Assembly (NCBI GenBank): GCA_949294665.1 | Contig: CASFID010000055.1 | Location: 4,772 to 68,771 of the forward strand | Length of the DNA: 64,000 nt | Source: an uncultured Eubacteriales bacterium | Lineage (GTDB): Bacteria > Bacillota > Clostridia > Lachnospirales > Lachnospiraceae | Direction: 5' to 3' | In this document: piece after piece, positions 31,088-40,863 of the stretch | Layout: each line of letters starts with the position of its first letter | Position numbering within the stretch: the first letter of the stretch is position 1 | The notes under the pieces: model-generated | Seen by the model: only the letters and a program-made list of their open reading frames with translations | Databases searched by the model: none | Told to the model about the DNA's origin: nothing | Made by a program: the position numbers and the translations under genes

Positions 31088-32371
31088 ATGGGACAGGGCA
31101 GTATCATTGGATATGAAATAAATGAGAAGACATGTCAGATCAGTTTTTATAATGATCAGGAGCTGGAGCCGGACACGCTCGAGGTGGACTCAGACAATTA
31201 TCAGATCCCGCTCATCATAGGGAAACTGCGCGATACATGGGCTTATGGCAAAGAGGCGAAACGCCTTGTCTCGATCAAAGAGGGATTTACTGTTACAAGA
31301 CTTCTGAGCAAGAGCCTTGCAGGGGCCCAGATCGAATTCGGCGAGGAGACATACGATGCGGTCTGGCTGTTATCCCAGTTCATCCAGATGTCTCTGCAGT
31401 CCTTTCCCGAGATCGAAGGCATTGTGTTTACGGTTCCTGCACTGACGGAGGAACTGGCTCAGATGCTCCGGGGGATCGCCGTACGGATGAACATCGACAA
31501 AAGGCATATCTTCATCCAGGACTATAAAGAGAGCTTCTGCAATTATCTCTTCTATCAGCCCAAAGAACTGTGGCAGTATGACGCGGCTCTGTTCTGCTGT
31601 GACAGAAACGAGATCAGGGCCTATATGCTCCGAAGGCTCCGGCCGGGACTTGGCGGGGGAAAGACGACATTCGTCACAGTGGACGAGGTAGCCAGCGCTC
31701 ATATGAAGGAGCTGGCTCTTGTGTACCCCGTGCTGAACGAGGACAAGGCCAAAGAGGCGGACGTCATGTTCTGCAAGTTCATAGAGAGTGTGTTTGACAA
31801 GCGCATCGTATCCTCGGTATTCCTGACGGGGGAGGGGTTTGAAAACAACTGGTATCCGAAAGCGCTGCGCGTCCTGTGCAACGGACGGCGTGCGTTTATC
31901 GGAAACAATCTGTACAGCAAGGGCGCGTGCTATACCGCCTACCGGAAACTGTTCATGCATATTGAGAATCCGGTCTATCTCTCGGAAGATAAACTGACAG
32001 ATCAGATCACGGTGAACATGCGCGTGGACGGACAGGAGATGTGGTATCCGATCGTATCCTGGGGAGCACACTGGTACGAATCCAACAATCAGTGGGAGGT
32101 GCTCTGCGAGGATATGGACGAGATCGAATTCCATATCGAGTCTCTGATCCAGGGAAACGTAAAGACGGAAAAAATATCGCTCGAGAGACTTGCAAAACGC
32201 GCCGAATACTCCATGCGGCTGCAGATCGAGACGCTCTTTCTCGATGAAAAAACATGCAGGATAACGGTGCGGGACGCCGGCTTCGGCGATTTCTTCCCGG
32301 CTACGGACTTTTATGCCGAGAAGACGATACATTTAGGAGGCAACGATGGGAAGTTTAATTCTTTGTCATGA
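31088..32371 (+). CDS. Hypothetical protein (DUF5716-like), degenerate Hsp70/DnaK-like fold
   Basis: AGGAGG RBS; segments collinear with DnaK (IIGYE, YGKEAKR, VFTVPA, VFLTG, KGAC, ITVRDAG). Confidence 0.75.
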   Translation: MGQGSIIGYEINEKTCQISFYNDQELEPDTLEVDSDNYQIPLIIGKLRDTWAYGKEAKRLVSIKEGFTVTRLLSKSLAGAQIEFGEETYDAVWLLSQFIQMSLQSFPEIEGIVFTVPALTEELAQMLRGIAVRMNIDKRHIFIQDYKESFCNYLFYQPKELWQYDAALFCCDRNEIRAYMLRRLRPGLGGGKTTFVTVDEVASAHMKELALVYPVLNEDKAKEADVMFCKFIESVFDKRIVSSVFLTGEGFENNWYPKALRVLCNGRRAFIGNNLYSKGACYTAYRKLFMHIENPVYLSEDKLTDQITVNMRVDGQEMWYPIVSWGAHWYESNNQWEVLCEDMDEIEFHIESLIQGNVKTEKISLERLAKRAEYSMRLQIETLFLDEKTCRITVRDAGFGDFFPATDFYAEKTIHLGGNDGKFNSLS

Positions 32372-33113
32372 CAGACATGCGGCACAGCCTTATGAGATCA
32401 CCCGCATCCACTGCCGCATCTTCACGATCGAGGAACTGTGCTATTATCTGTGCAACAATCTCTATCTGATCGATTATACGATCATGAATGAACAGCTGTG
32501 CAGCTGGCTCGACGAGGAACTGGGGATGGAAACACTGGCGGCTGAACTTCGCGACATGCTGCGTATGCGCGGATCAGTGGAAAAGTTCGTCCTCACCATA
32601 CTCAAGGAGTCGAAGATATATCGCGAACCCGAGATGATCCGCATTCAGAATGTGCTGGAGCATCTGAAGAACCAGAAAGACATCGAGCGGCAGAAATATA
32701 AAGGAGACAACCTGCTGGAGAGCGGGGAGGTGGAAGAGGCGATCCTCGTCTACCAGGGAATCCTGAACCAGGAAAAGGACGAGACCGTGGACGAGAAGTT
32801 CTATGGGAAGATATATGCCGGACTGGGGGCTGCATACGGACGTCTCTTTCTGTATCAGGAGGCGGCCCGCATGTACGACAGGGCCTATCAGATCTGTCAT
32901 GACAAGGCGCTCATCAAGCCGTACCTGTACGCATCCTATAAATACATGTCCCTGGAGGAATATCACATCCTGATAACGAAGCAGGATGAATATATGGAAG
33001 CGAACTCCCAGATGCGCCGCGACATCGATGAGATACGAAAGCATATGCCGGACGAGACGGGCCCCGAATTTCTCGAGAAGTGGAAGCGTCAGCACAGGAG
33101 GAGCCATTCGTAA
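32346..33113 (+). CDS. Hypothetical TPR-like helical protein
   Basis: AGGAGG RBS inside the upstream gene; KGDNLLESGEVEEAILVY and GLGAAYGRLFLYQEAARMYDRAY TPR-like motifs. Confidence 0.75.
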   Translation: MGSLILCHDRHAAQPYEITRIHCRIFTIEELCYYLCNNLYLIDYTIMNEQLCSWLDEELGMETLAAELRDMLRMRGSVEKFVLTILKESKIYREPEMIRIQNVLEHLKNQKDIERQKYKGDNLLESGEVEEAILVYQGILNQEKDETVDEKFYGKIYAGLGAAYGRLFLYQEAARMYDRAYQICHDKALIKPYLYASYKYMSLEEYHILITKQDEYMEANSQMRRDIDEIRKHMPDETGPEFLEKWKRQHRRSHS

Positions 33114-33131
33114 GATCTGTCAGGATTCTGT

Positions 33132-33160
33132 TTGACAGAGGGATATCCATGTGATAGAAT
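33132..33160 (+). promoter_or_regulatory. SigA promoter of the amino-acid ABC operon
   Basis: TTGACA-17-TAGAAT with TG extension. Confidence 0.7.
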
Positions 33161-33245
33161 ACTACAGTAACTTTACCGTAGTGCAGTGACTCATTGGTAG
33201 AGAAAAAAAGCAAAACCGGATATCCGGCGATGGAGGTATGTAATT

Positions 33246-34055
33246 ATGAAAAGAAAAGTATTAAGTGTACTGCTCTGTGCGGCAATGGCGGTATCACTTC
33301 TGGCGGGCTGCGGCTCGGATTCGGGATCAGATAAAGATCAGAGCAGTGAGAGCGATAAAGCCTATGTGCAGGATAAAGGGACTCTCATAGTAGGAATCAC
33401 GAACTTTGAGCCGATGGATTACCAGAATGAAAATGGAGAATGGATCGGCTTTGACGCAGACATGGCGCGCGCGTTTGGCGAAAGCCTTGGCGTGGAAGTG
33501 GAGTTTGCAGAGATCGACTGGGATAATAAGATCCTTGAGCTGGACAGCAATACGATCGACTGTGTCTGGAACGGCATGACGCTGACAGAAGAAGTGACAA
33601 GCTCTATGGAATGTACGGACGCTTATCTTCAGAATGCACAGGTAGTCGTTGTTCCCGCCGATGTGGCCGATAAGTATCAGGACACGGACAGTCTCTCGGA
33701 TCTTAGCTTCGCGGTTGAGGCTGGAAGCGCAGGGGAAGAGGAAGTGAGCGCGCTTGGACTTGACTATACGGCAGTGACGTCCCAGGCCGACGCGCTGATG
33801 GAGGTAGATGCAGGGACGTCGGACGCGGCGGTGATCGACCTTCTCATGGCTGCAGCTATGATCGGAGAGGGAACAAGCTATGCTGATCTTACTTACACGG
33901 TAAGTCTCAACAGCGAAGAATACGGTGTGGGATTCCGCAAAGGTTCGGATCTTGCGGAGGAGCTCAACAAATTTTTCGCACAGAGCTATGAGGACGGCAC
34001 GATCGAAGAGTGTGCGAAGACTTACGGAGTACAGGCTGCGCTGATCGAACAGTAG
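33246..34055 (+). CDS. Polar amino acid ABC transporter substrate-binding lipoprotein
   Basis: Lipobox LAGC; GFDAD, DCVWNGMT, EYGVGFRKG. Confidence 0.92.
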   Translation: MKRKVLSVLLCAAMAVSLLAGCGSDSGSDKDQSSESDKAYVQDKGTLIVGITNFEPMDYQNENGEWIGFDADMARAFGESLGVEVEFAEIDWDNKILELDSNTIDCVWNGMTLTEEVTSSMECTDAYLQNAQVVVVPADVADKYQDTDSLSDLSFAVEAGSAGEEEVSALGLDYTAVTSQADALMEVDAGTSDAAVIDLLMAAAMIGEGTSYADLTYTVSLNSEEYGVGFRKGSDLAEELNKFFAQSYEDGTIEECAKTYGVQAALIEQ

Positions 34056-34083
34056 AAAATATGTACAGAGGTTGATTTAGAAC

Positions 34084-34770
34084 ATGGATTTGATAATGGA
34101 ACAGTTTCCTATTGTATTCAGATCGCTGAATGTAGGATTTCTTCAGACAATAAAACTGTTTATCGTGACTCTGGTCGGCGCAGTGCCGCTCGGCCTGATC
34201 ATATCCTTTGGCTCGATGTCAAGGTTTAAGCCACTGAGCTTTCTTACAAAGATCATCGTATGGATCATCAGAGGTACGCCTCTGATGATCCAGTTGCTGA
34301 TCATTTTTTATTTTCCGGGTATCGTCCTGGACAACAATATCTGGGGCGGAACCGAGAGCGGCAGATTTATGGCGGCTTCCGTTGCATTTATCTTTAACTA
34401 CGCCTGCTACTTCTCGGAAATCTACAGGGGCGGCATACAGGGGGTACCCAAAGGACAGGAGGAGGCCGGACTGGTGCTCGGGATGACGAGAAGCCAGATC
34501 TTCTTCAGAGTTACGCTTCTTCAGATGATCAAGCGCATCGTTCCGCCGATGTCCAATGAGATCATCACCCTGGTAAAAGACACCTCTCTTGCGCGCATCA
34601 TCGCACTGCAGGAGATCATCTGGGCCGGCCAGGCGTTCCTGAAGGGCTCACAGGGCATTGCCGGCGCGATCTGGCCTCTGTTTTTCACCGCTGTCTACTA
34701 TCTCATCTTCAGCGGGATCCTGACGGTCCTTCTGGGGCGTCTCGAAAAGAAACTGGATTATTTCAGGTAG
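34084..34770 (+). CDS. Polar amino acid ABC permease
   Basis: IRGTPL, YFSEIYRGG, LVKDTSL. Confidence 0.92.
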   Translation: MDLIMEQFPIVFRSLNVGFLQTIKLFIVTLVGAVPLGLIISFGSMSRFKPLSFLTKIIVWIIRGTPLMIQLLIIFYFPGIVLDNNIWGGTESGRFMAASVAFIFNYACYFSEIYRGGIQGVPKGQEEAGLVLGMTRSQIFFRVTLLQMIKRIVPPMSNEIITLVKDTSLARIIALQEIIWAGQAFLKGSQGIAGAIWPLFFTAVYYLIFSGILTVLLGRLEKKLDYFR

Positions 34771-34780
34771 GAGGTAGAGT

Positions 34781-35566
34781 ATGGCGATTCTTGAAGTAGA
34801 ACATCTGAGTAAAAAATTTGATCGCACGGAAGTGCTTGGAGATATCAGTTTTTCTCTGGAAAAGGGAAAAGTGCTCTCTATCATCGGCTCGTCGGGCAGC
34901 GGCAAGACGACGCTTTTGCGCTGCCTGAATTTTCTGGAGCGCCCGGATGGAGGAGTGATCCGCGTGAACGGGGAGACCTTGTTCGACGCCCATGATCCGG
35001 TGACGACACAGGAGGCGGAGATCAGAAAGAAGAGACTTCACTTCGGTCTTGTATTCCAGTCGTTCAATCTTTTTCCCCAGTATACGGCTCTGGGCAATGT
35101 CATGCTTGCAAAAGAACTCCTGGAGAAGGAAAAGCCGGATTATAAGACGAGAAAAAAGGAGATACACGGACAGATCGAGCGTGAGGCGAAAGCGCTGCTG
35201 GATCAGATGGGGCTTTCGGACCGGATGAACAACTATCCTCACCAGCTCTCGGGAGGACAGTGCCAGCGTGTGGCGATCGCGAGAGCGCTTGCGCTGCGGC
35301 CGGACATTCTCTGTTTCGATGAACCTACATCGGCGCTTGATCCCGAGCTGACGGGGGAAGTGCTAAAGGTGATCCAGGGACTTGCGGACCAGGAGACGAC
35401 GATGATCATTGTCACTCATGAGATGGCGTTTGCGCGCGACGTGTCCAGTCAGGTCATTTTTATGGATGAGGGCTGCATACTGGAGCAGGGAACTCCGGCG
35501 GAAGTGATCGAAAATCCGAGGGAGGAAAGAACGAGGCAGTTCCTGTCGCGTTTTACCAATGGATGA
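34781..35566 (+). CDS. Polar amino acid ABC ATP-binding protein
   Basis: GSSGSGKT, LSGGQ, FDEPTSALD, VTHEM. Confidence 0.94.
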   Translation: MAILEVEHLSKKFDRTEVLGDISFSLEKGKVLSIIGSSGSGKTTLLRCLNFLERPDGGVIRVNGETLFDAHDPVTTQEAEIRKKRLHFGLVFQSFNLFPQYTALGNVMLAKELLEKEKPDYKTRKKEIHGQIEREAKALLDQMGLSDRMNNYPHQLSGGQCQRVAIARALALRPDILCFDEPTSALDPELTGEVLKVIQGLADQETTMIIVTHEMAFARDVSSQVIFMDEGCILEQGTPAEVIENPREERTRQFLSRFTNG

Positions 35567-35692
35567 TAAATGGCAGGGGAGAATGTTGATTTTCCACCTG
35601 CCTTATATTATAATCGGATTGGCACAGAAGCATCTTCTGAGACAGGAGACAGAAAGATTACTTGAAGAGAAGATCAGTAAGGAGCGGGATAT

Positions 35693-37120
35693 ATGACAGA
35701 ATACAGCAGGGTATCCACGGGCCTGGGAGAGGAATGTGGAGTCTTTGGAGCATATGACATGGACGGGCGTGACGTGGCGCCCTCTATCTATTACGGACTG
35801 TTCGCTCTGCAGCACAGAGGGCAGGAGAGCTGCGGTATTGCGGTGACGGACACGAACGGAAAAAGGAAAGTTCTCTCGAAAAAGGGACTCGGACATGTAA
35901 ATGACGTGTTTGATGAAGAAGAGCTTTCAGGACTTAAGGGCAATCTGGGCGTGGGACATGTCCGGTATTCCACAGCCGGCGGCACGAGAGTGGAGAACGC
36001 GCAGCCGCTCGTGATCAACTATGTGAAAGGAACGCTGGCGATCGCCCATAACGGCAATCTTGTGAACGCTGTAGAACTCAGGAAGGAACTGGAGTACACC
36101 GGAGCAATCTTCCAGACGACCATAGACTCTGAGGTGATCGCCTACCATGTAGCCAGAGAACGGCTCAGGGCAAAGACGGCTGAGGAGGCAGTAAAGCGGG
36201 CGATGCATAAGATAAAGGGCGCGTATGCGCTTGTAGTGAGCAGTCCGCGGAAGATGATCGGAGCCAGGGATCCCTTCGGTCTGAAGCCGCTTTGCATCGG
36301 GAAAAGGGACAATACCTATTTCCTGGCTTCCGAGAGCTGCGCGATCACGGCGGTGGACGGGGATTTTGTAAGGGATGTGCGTCCCGGAGAGATCGTCACG
36401 ATCACAAAAGAAGGGATCAAGTCGGATATGAGCATGGCTCTGCCGGATGAAATGCAGGCGAGATGTATTTTTGAATACATTTATTTTGCACGTACCGACA
36501 GCACTCTCGACGGGGTGAACGTCTATCATGCCAGGATACTGGCGGGCAAAGCTCTGGCACAGTCTTACCCGGTGGAGGCGGATCTGGTGGTCGGCGTGCC
36601 TGACTCCGGTCTGGTGGCGGCGAAAGGATATTCCGAATACTCGGGAATTCCGTACGGTATGGCCTTCCACAAGAACAGCTATGTGGGGAGGACGTTCATC
36701 AAGCCGAAGCAGAGTGACCGGGAGTCCAGCGTCAAGATAAAGCTCAATGTCATCCCGGAAGTGGTCAGGGGAAAACGGATCATCATGGTGGATGACTCGA
36801 TCGTGCGGGGAACGACCTGTGCGAATATCATCAAAATGCTGAAACATGCAGGAGCCACAGAGGTGCATGTGAGGATCAGTTCTCCGCCGTTTCTGCACCC
36901 GTGTTATTTCGGGACGGACGTGCCGTCTAACGATCAGCTCATCGCCCACTCTCACACGACGGAACAGATCCGGGAGATGATCGGAGCGGATTCTCTTGGA
37001 TATATGGAGATCGGAAAACTGAAAGATATGGTGGGGGATCTGGGATACTGCGACGCATGTTTTACAGGAAACTATCCGATGGAGGTCCCGGGCGAAGACA
37101 TCAGCCATGCGTTCGAGTGA
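35693..37120 (+). CDS. purF: Amidophosphoribosyltransferase
   Basis: EECGVFG, QHRGQE, GHVRYST, VDDSIVRGTT, YCDACF. Confidence 0.97.
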   Translation: MTEYSRVSTGLGEECGVFGAYDMDGRDVAPSIYYGLFALQHRGQESCGIAVTDTNGKRKVLSKKGLGHVNDVFDEEELSGLKGNLGVGHVRYSTAGGTRVENAQPLVINYVKGTLAIAHNGNLVNAVELRKELEYTGAIFQTTIDSEVIAYHVARERLRAKTAEEAVKRAMHKIKGAYALVVSSPRKMIGARDPFGLKPLCIGKRDNTYFLASESCAITAVDGDFVRDVRPGEIVTITKEGIKSDMSMALPDEMQARCIFEYIYFARTDSTLDGVNVYHARILAGKALAQSYPVEADLVVGVPDSGLVAAKGYSEYSGIPYGMAFHKNSYVGRTFIKPKQSDRESSVKIKLNVIPEVVRGKRIIMVDDSIVRGTTCANIIKMLKHAGATEVHVRISSPPFLHPCYFGTDVPSNDQLIAHSHTTEQIREMIGADSLGYMEIGKLKDMVGDLGYCDACFTGNYPMEVPGEDISHAFE

Positions 37121-37229
37121 TGTCCGCCGGGGATATGTTATCAGGCAGACAGTATCAGTTTCGGCCGCTCATCCCTGACGACGGGACTGATACGTCAAAT
37201 ATGAATACAGTAAAAAGGAGATCAAAATT

Positions 37230-38663
37230 ATGTCAAATGACCGCTATGTAAGCCCGCTCTCTGAGCGTTATGCAAGTAAGGAGATGCAGTATATCTTTTC
37301 ACCGGATAAGAAGTTCCGCACATGGAGAAGACTGTGGATCGCTCTGGCTGAAACTGAGAAAGAACTGGGACTTGGAATCACGGAGGAACAGATCGAGGAA
37401 CTGAAAAGCCATGCCGATGATATCAATTATGATGTGGCAAAAGAGCGGGAGAAAGTCGTCCGCCATGACGTGATGTCTCATGTCTATGCGTACGGCGTGC
37501 AGTGCCCGAAGGCGAAAGGGATCATCCACCTGGGAGCAACGTCCTGCTATGTGGGAGACAACACGGATATCATACTGATGTCCGAAGCGCTTCGTCTGGT
37601 ACGGAAGAAACTCGTCAACGTGATCGCAGAGCTGGCGAAATTCGCGGATGCACAGAAGGGCCAGCCCACGCTGGCATTCACTCATTTTCAGCCGGCGCAG
37701 CCTACAACTGTCGGAAAGAGGGCGACTCTGTGGATGCAGGAGTTTGAGATGGATCTGGAGGATCTTGACTATGTCCTCGGCAGCCTGAAACTGCTCGGAT
37801 CTAAGGGGACGACAGGAACTCAGGCGAGTTTCCTTGAGCTCTTCGACGGGGATCAGGAGAAGATAGACAGGATCGATCCGATGATCGCTGAGAAGATGGG
37901 ATTTAAAGCGTGCTATCCTGTATCGGGACAGACTTATTCGCGGAAGGTGGATACCCGTGTCCTGAACGTACTGGCCGGAATCGCGGCAAGCGCGCATAAG
38001 TTCTCGAACGATATCCGTCTGCTCCAGCATCTCAAGGAGATCGAGGAGCCCTTTGAAAAGACGCAGATCGGTTCTTCCGCCATGGCGTATAAGAGAAACC
38101 CGATGCGGAGCGAACGCATCGCCTCTCTGTCCCGTTACGTGATGATCGACGCATTGAATCCGGCGGTCACATCCGCGTCCCAGTGGTTTGAACGTACGCT
38201 TGACGATTCGGCGAACAAGAGGCTGAGCGTGCCGGAGGGATTTCTGGCAGTCGACGGTATCCTCGACCTGTGTCTCAATGTGGTCGACGGACTTGTCGTA
38301 TATCCGAAAGTCATCGAGAAGCGCCTGATGTCAGAGCTTCCTTTCATGGCGACAGAGAATATCATGATGGATGCGGTGAAGGCGGGCGGCGACCGCCAGG
38401 AACTGCACGAGCGTATCCGTGAGCTCTCCATGGAGGCCGGGCGCAATGTGAAAGAGAAAGGACTGGACAACAATCTGCTAGAGCTGATCGCAGCGGATCC
38501 TGCCTTTAATCTTAGTCTGGACGACCTGAAAAAGACGATGGATCCGACGAAATATGTCGGACGTGCAAAAGAGCAGGTGGAGGCATATCTGGATCGTGTG
38601 ATCTATCCGCTTTTAGAAAAGAATAAAGAATTGCTGGGCATGACCGCTGAGATCAACGTCTGA
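37230..38663 (+). CDS. purB: Adenylosuccinate lyase
   Basis: SPLSERY, RHDVM, FTHFQPAQPTT, GSSAMAYKRNP. Confidence 0.97.
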   Translation: MSNDRYVSPLSERYASKEMQYIFSPDKKFRTWRRLWIALAETEKELGLGITEEQIEELKSHADDINYDVAKEREKVVRHDVMSHVYAYGVQCPKAKGIIHLGATSCYVGDNTDIILMSEALRLVRKKLVNVIAELAKFADAQKGQPTLAFTHFQPAQPTTVGKRATLWMQEFEMDLEDLDYVLGSLKLLGSKGTTGTQASFLELFDGDQEKIDRIDPMIAEKMGFKACYPVSGQTYSRKVDTRVLNVLAGIAASAHKFSNDIRLLQHLKEIEEPFEKTQIGSSAMAYKRNPMRSERIASLSRYVMIDALNPAVTSASQWFERTLDDSANKRLSVPEGFLAVDGILDLCLNVVDGLVVYPKVIEKRLMSELPFMATENIMMDAVKAGGDRQELHERIRELSMEAGRNVKEKGLDNNLLELIAADPAFNLSLDDLKKTMDPTKYVGRAKEQVEAYLDRVIYPLLEKNKELLGMTAEINV

Positions 38664-38712
38664 GACCGGAACTGCCGGAGCACAAACACAGCCAGCCGAA
38701 TGTAGACGGCGC

Positions 38713-38749
38713 AAAGGAATGTTGCGGGGGATTGCGACATTCCTTTTTC
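38713..38749 (+). terminator. Intrinsic terminator after purB
   Basis: aaaggaatgttgc / gcgacattccttt plus T-tract. Confidence 0.7.
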
Positions 38750-38828
38750 TGTGATACCGTATTTTAGGATATTGCGTATGGAAAAATCTTCCATACGATT
38801 GTGGTGAAATGAAAGGACGGGAAAAGAG

Positions 38829-39983
38829 ATGGAATGGTGCGTGGTGCTTTATGGAGACAGGCAGGCTGTAAGCTATATGTACAGGTTTGTCAGAGTGGTC
38901 ATTGTGTTTCTTGCGACATTGTCGGCGGCTATGTGGATCGGCACACAGCCGGCTTCGGGAAGCGGATATGCCGCCTATTATACGAAGACGGAGAGTGTGG
39001 ATAAAGCCGGTATGGATGAGAAAGACAAGATTTCTTCTCTTGCGGATACTGTGTCGTGGATCTATCTGGGCACAGCGCTGCTCTCGGAGAAAGAGATGAA
39101 GCCGGAAGGAGCGACAGATGTGACTGCTCCGCCGATACTTACCGCAGACGACGTCTCAGATGAACTTCCGGATGTCAGCCGGATCCCGGCGGCAGCGCAG
39201 GCCACGGACGGGATACTTCCGGGGACGAGTACAAAGGGAGCAGAGGAAGACCACACACCGGATACGGCGCCGGGCGCAGTGACAGTTTCGGATGCGGAGA
39301 TGATCGCGCCGCTGGACACAGAGAGCGGTATGACGAATGCAGAGACCGGTGCGGAGAGCGGGATACCGGGCGCCGGAAACAGCATATCATCAGACATAAC
39401 GGCAGACATTCCCGGCAGGGCGGACGTTCCTGAGACGCCCGTGGAATCAGAAGATGCAGTGGAAGATCCGGCCGGACCGTCAGATTCTCAGCTTCCGGGA
39501 AACGAAGCCACGCCGGGAACTGTCGGAGGATTCCTTGTGGACAGTTCCGGGATCATCTGTGGGATCGCCGATCCGGCGGCGATCGTATCCGACGGATATC
39601 TGGCGCTTCCGTCCGAAGGGTGCAGCGGGATCGCTTCCGGTGTTTTCGCACAGGGATTTGCCGGGGTAAGAGAAATCTATATTCCGGGAAATATCACGAG
39701 GATTGAAGAAGGCGCTTTTGCCGGTCTGACGAATATGGAATGGTATGAGGCGGACGCCGGAGGTCCATTTTACACGTCGGAAGGCGTTCTTTATTCGGAA
39801 AACGGGACGTGTATTCTTGCGTTTCCGGCAGGCAGGACAGGAATCTACAGAGTGCCGCCGCAGGTGGAGCGGATCGCGTCGGGCGCCTTTGCTGACGCGA
39901 AGATCACCGGATTGGATCTGTCGGGATGTCCTATGGCGGACGTGGGAGAGATCCCCACTCACATCAGCATCATCAGACATTAG
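38829..39983 (+). CDS. Membrane-anchored protein with acidic low-complexity linker and C-terminal BspA-type leucine-rich repeats
   Basis: N-terminal TM; IYIPGNITRIEEGAF, GVLYS, VPPQVERIASGAF LRR_5-like units. Confidence 0.7.
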   Translation: MEWCVVLYGDRQAVSYMYRFVRVVIVFLATLSAAMWIGTQPASGSGYAAYYTKTESVDKAGMDEKDKISSLADTVSWIYLGTALLSEKEMKPEGATDVTAPPILTADDVSDELPDVSRIPAAAQATDGILPGTSTKGAEEDHTPDTAPGAVTVSDAEMIAPLDTESGMTNAETGAESGIPGAGNSISSDITADIPGRADVPETPVESEDAVEDPAGPSDSQLPGNEATPGTVGGFLVDSSGIICGIADPAAIVSDGYLALPSEGCSGIASGVFAQGFAGVREIYIPGNITRIEEGAFAGLTNMEWYEADAGGPFYTSEGVLYSENGTCILAFPAGRTGIYRVPPQVERIASGAFADAKITGLDLSGCPMADVGEIPTHISIIRH

Positions 39984-40095
39984 CGTCTGACCGTGGGATC
40001 ACAGAAGTTTATTGAAGATTCCCTCAACTTGTTCTATAATATTTTTATATTACAGATACATGTTCTGCCGTAGGCGAATGGGAGGAGGGATTGGT

Positions 40096-40848
40096 GTGAA
40101 AGAGAAGAATATACTTCAGATTCTAAGAGACAGCTGGTATACTGTGGTCTTAAGCGGTGCAGGGCTGATGGCGGAGAGCGGGTATCCTCTTTTAAGAGAC
40201 GGAAAAGAGTCTTATGAGATAGAGGAAGAATATGGCTACTCGTTTGAAGAGATATTCAGCAGCAGCTTTTATTCTGCCAGAAAAGAGCTGTTTTTCCGTT
40301 TCTATAAGGAATTTATCCTCAAAGCGGTGGAAGTCCCGCCGGGAAAAGGCTTTTATGCGATGAAAACGCTGCAGGATTACGGGCTTATCGACTCGATCAT
40401 CACACGGCGCATCGCCGCTCTTGAGGAGCGGGCGGGGTGCACGAATGTACTGAACATGAAAGGAACAGTCTTTGACAATATCTGTCCGTCCTGCGGCAGG
40501 AAATACTCCGCTGACTATATGAGAAAAGCAAAAGGCGTTCCGCTCTGTGAGAACTGTCTTGTGGCGATCCGGCCCCAGGTGTGCCTGTTCGGGGAGATGA
40601 TCGACAACGGGGTGATGACGAGAGCGGCGGAGGAAGTCGAGAAAGCGGACGTGCTCCTCGTACTGGGAGCCAGCCTCACCTCACCTCTGTGCAGCCAGCT
40701 TCTGCAGTATTTCACGGGAAAAGAACTGATCCTGGTGACAGATACGGAGCACTATTCCGATCAGAGAGCGGATATTGTGATCTACGGGCGGAGTGACGAG
40801 TTCCTGTCCGGCATGTTATCTGAATATGAGAAAGAAAATAAAGACTGA
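40096..40848 (+). CDS. Sir2/CobB-family protein with a degenerate active site
   Basis: SGAGL.AESG, CPSC/CENC zinc motif, RPQVCLFGE, LVLGASL; GGAGG RBS, GTG start. Confidence 0.85.
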   Translation: MKEKNILQILRDSWYTVVLSGAGLMAESGYPLLRDGKESYEIEEEYGYSFEEIFSSSFYSARKELFFRFYKEFILKAVEVPPGKGFYAMKTLQDYGLIDSIITRRIAALEERAGCTNVLNMKGTVFDNICPSCGRKYSADYMRKAKGVPLCENCLVAIRPQVCLFGEMIDNGVMTRAAEEVEKADVLLVLGASLTSPLCSQLLQYFTGKELILVTDTEHYSDQRADIVIYGRSDEFLSGMLSEYEKENKD

Positions 40849-40863
40849 AATTGGAGAGAAATT

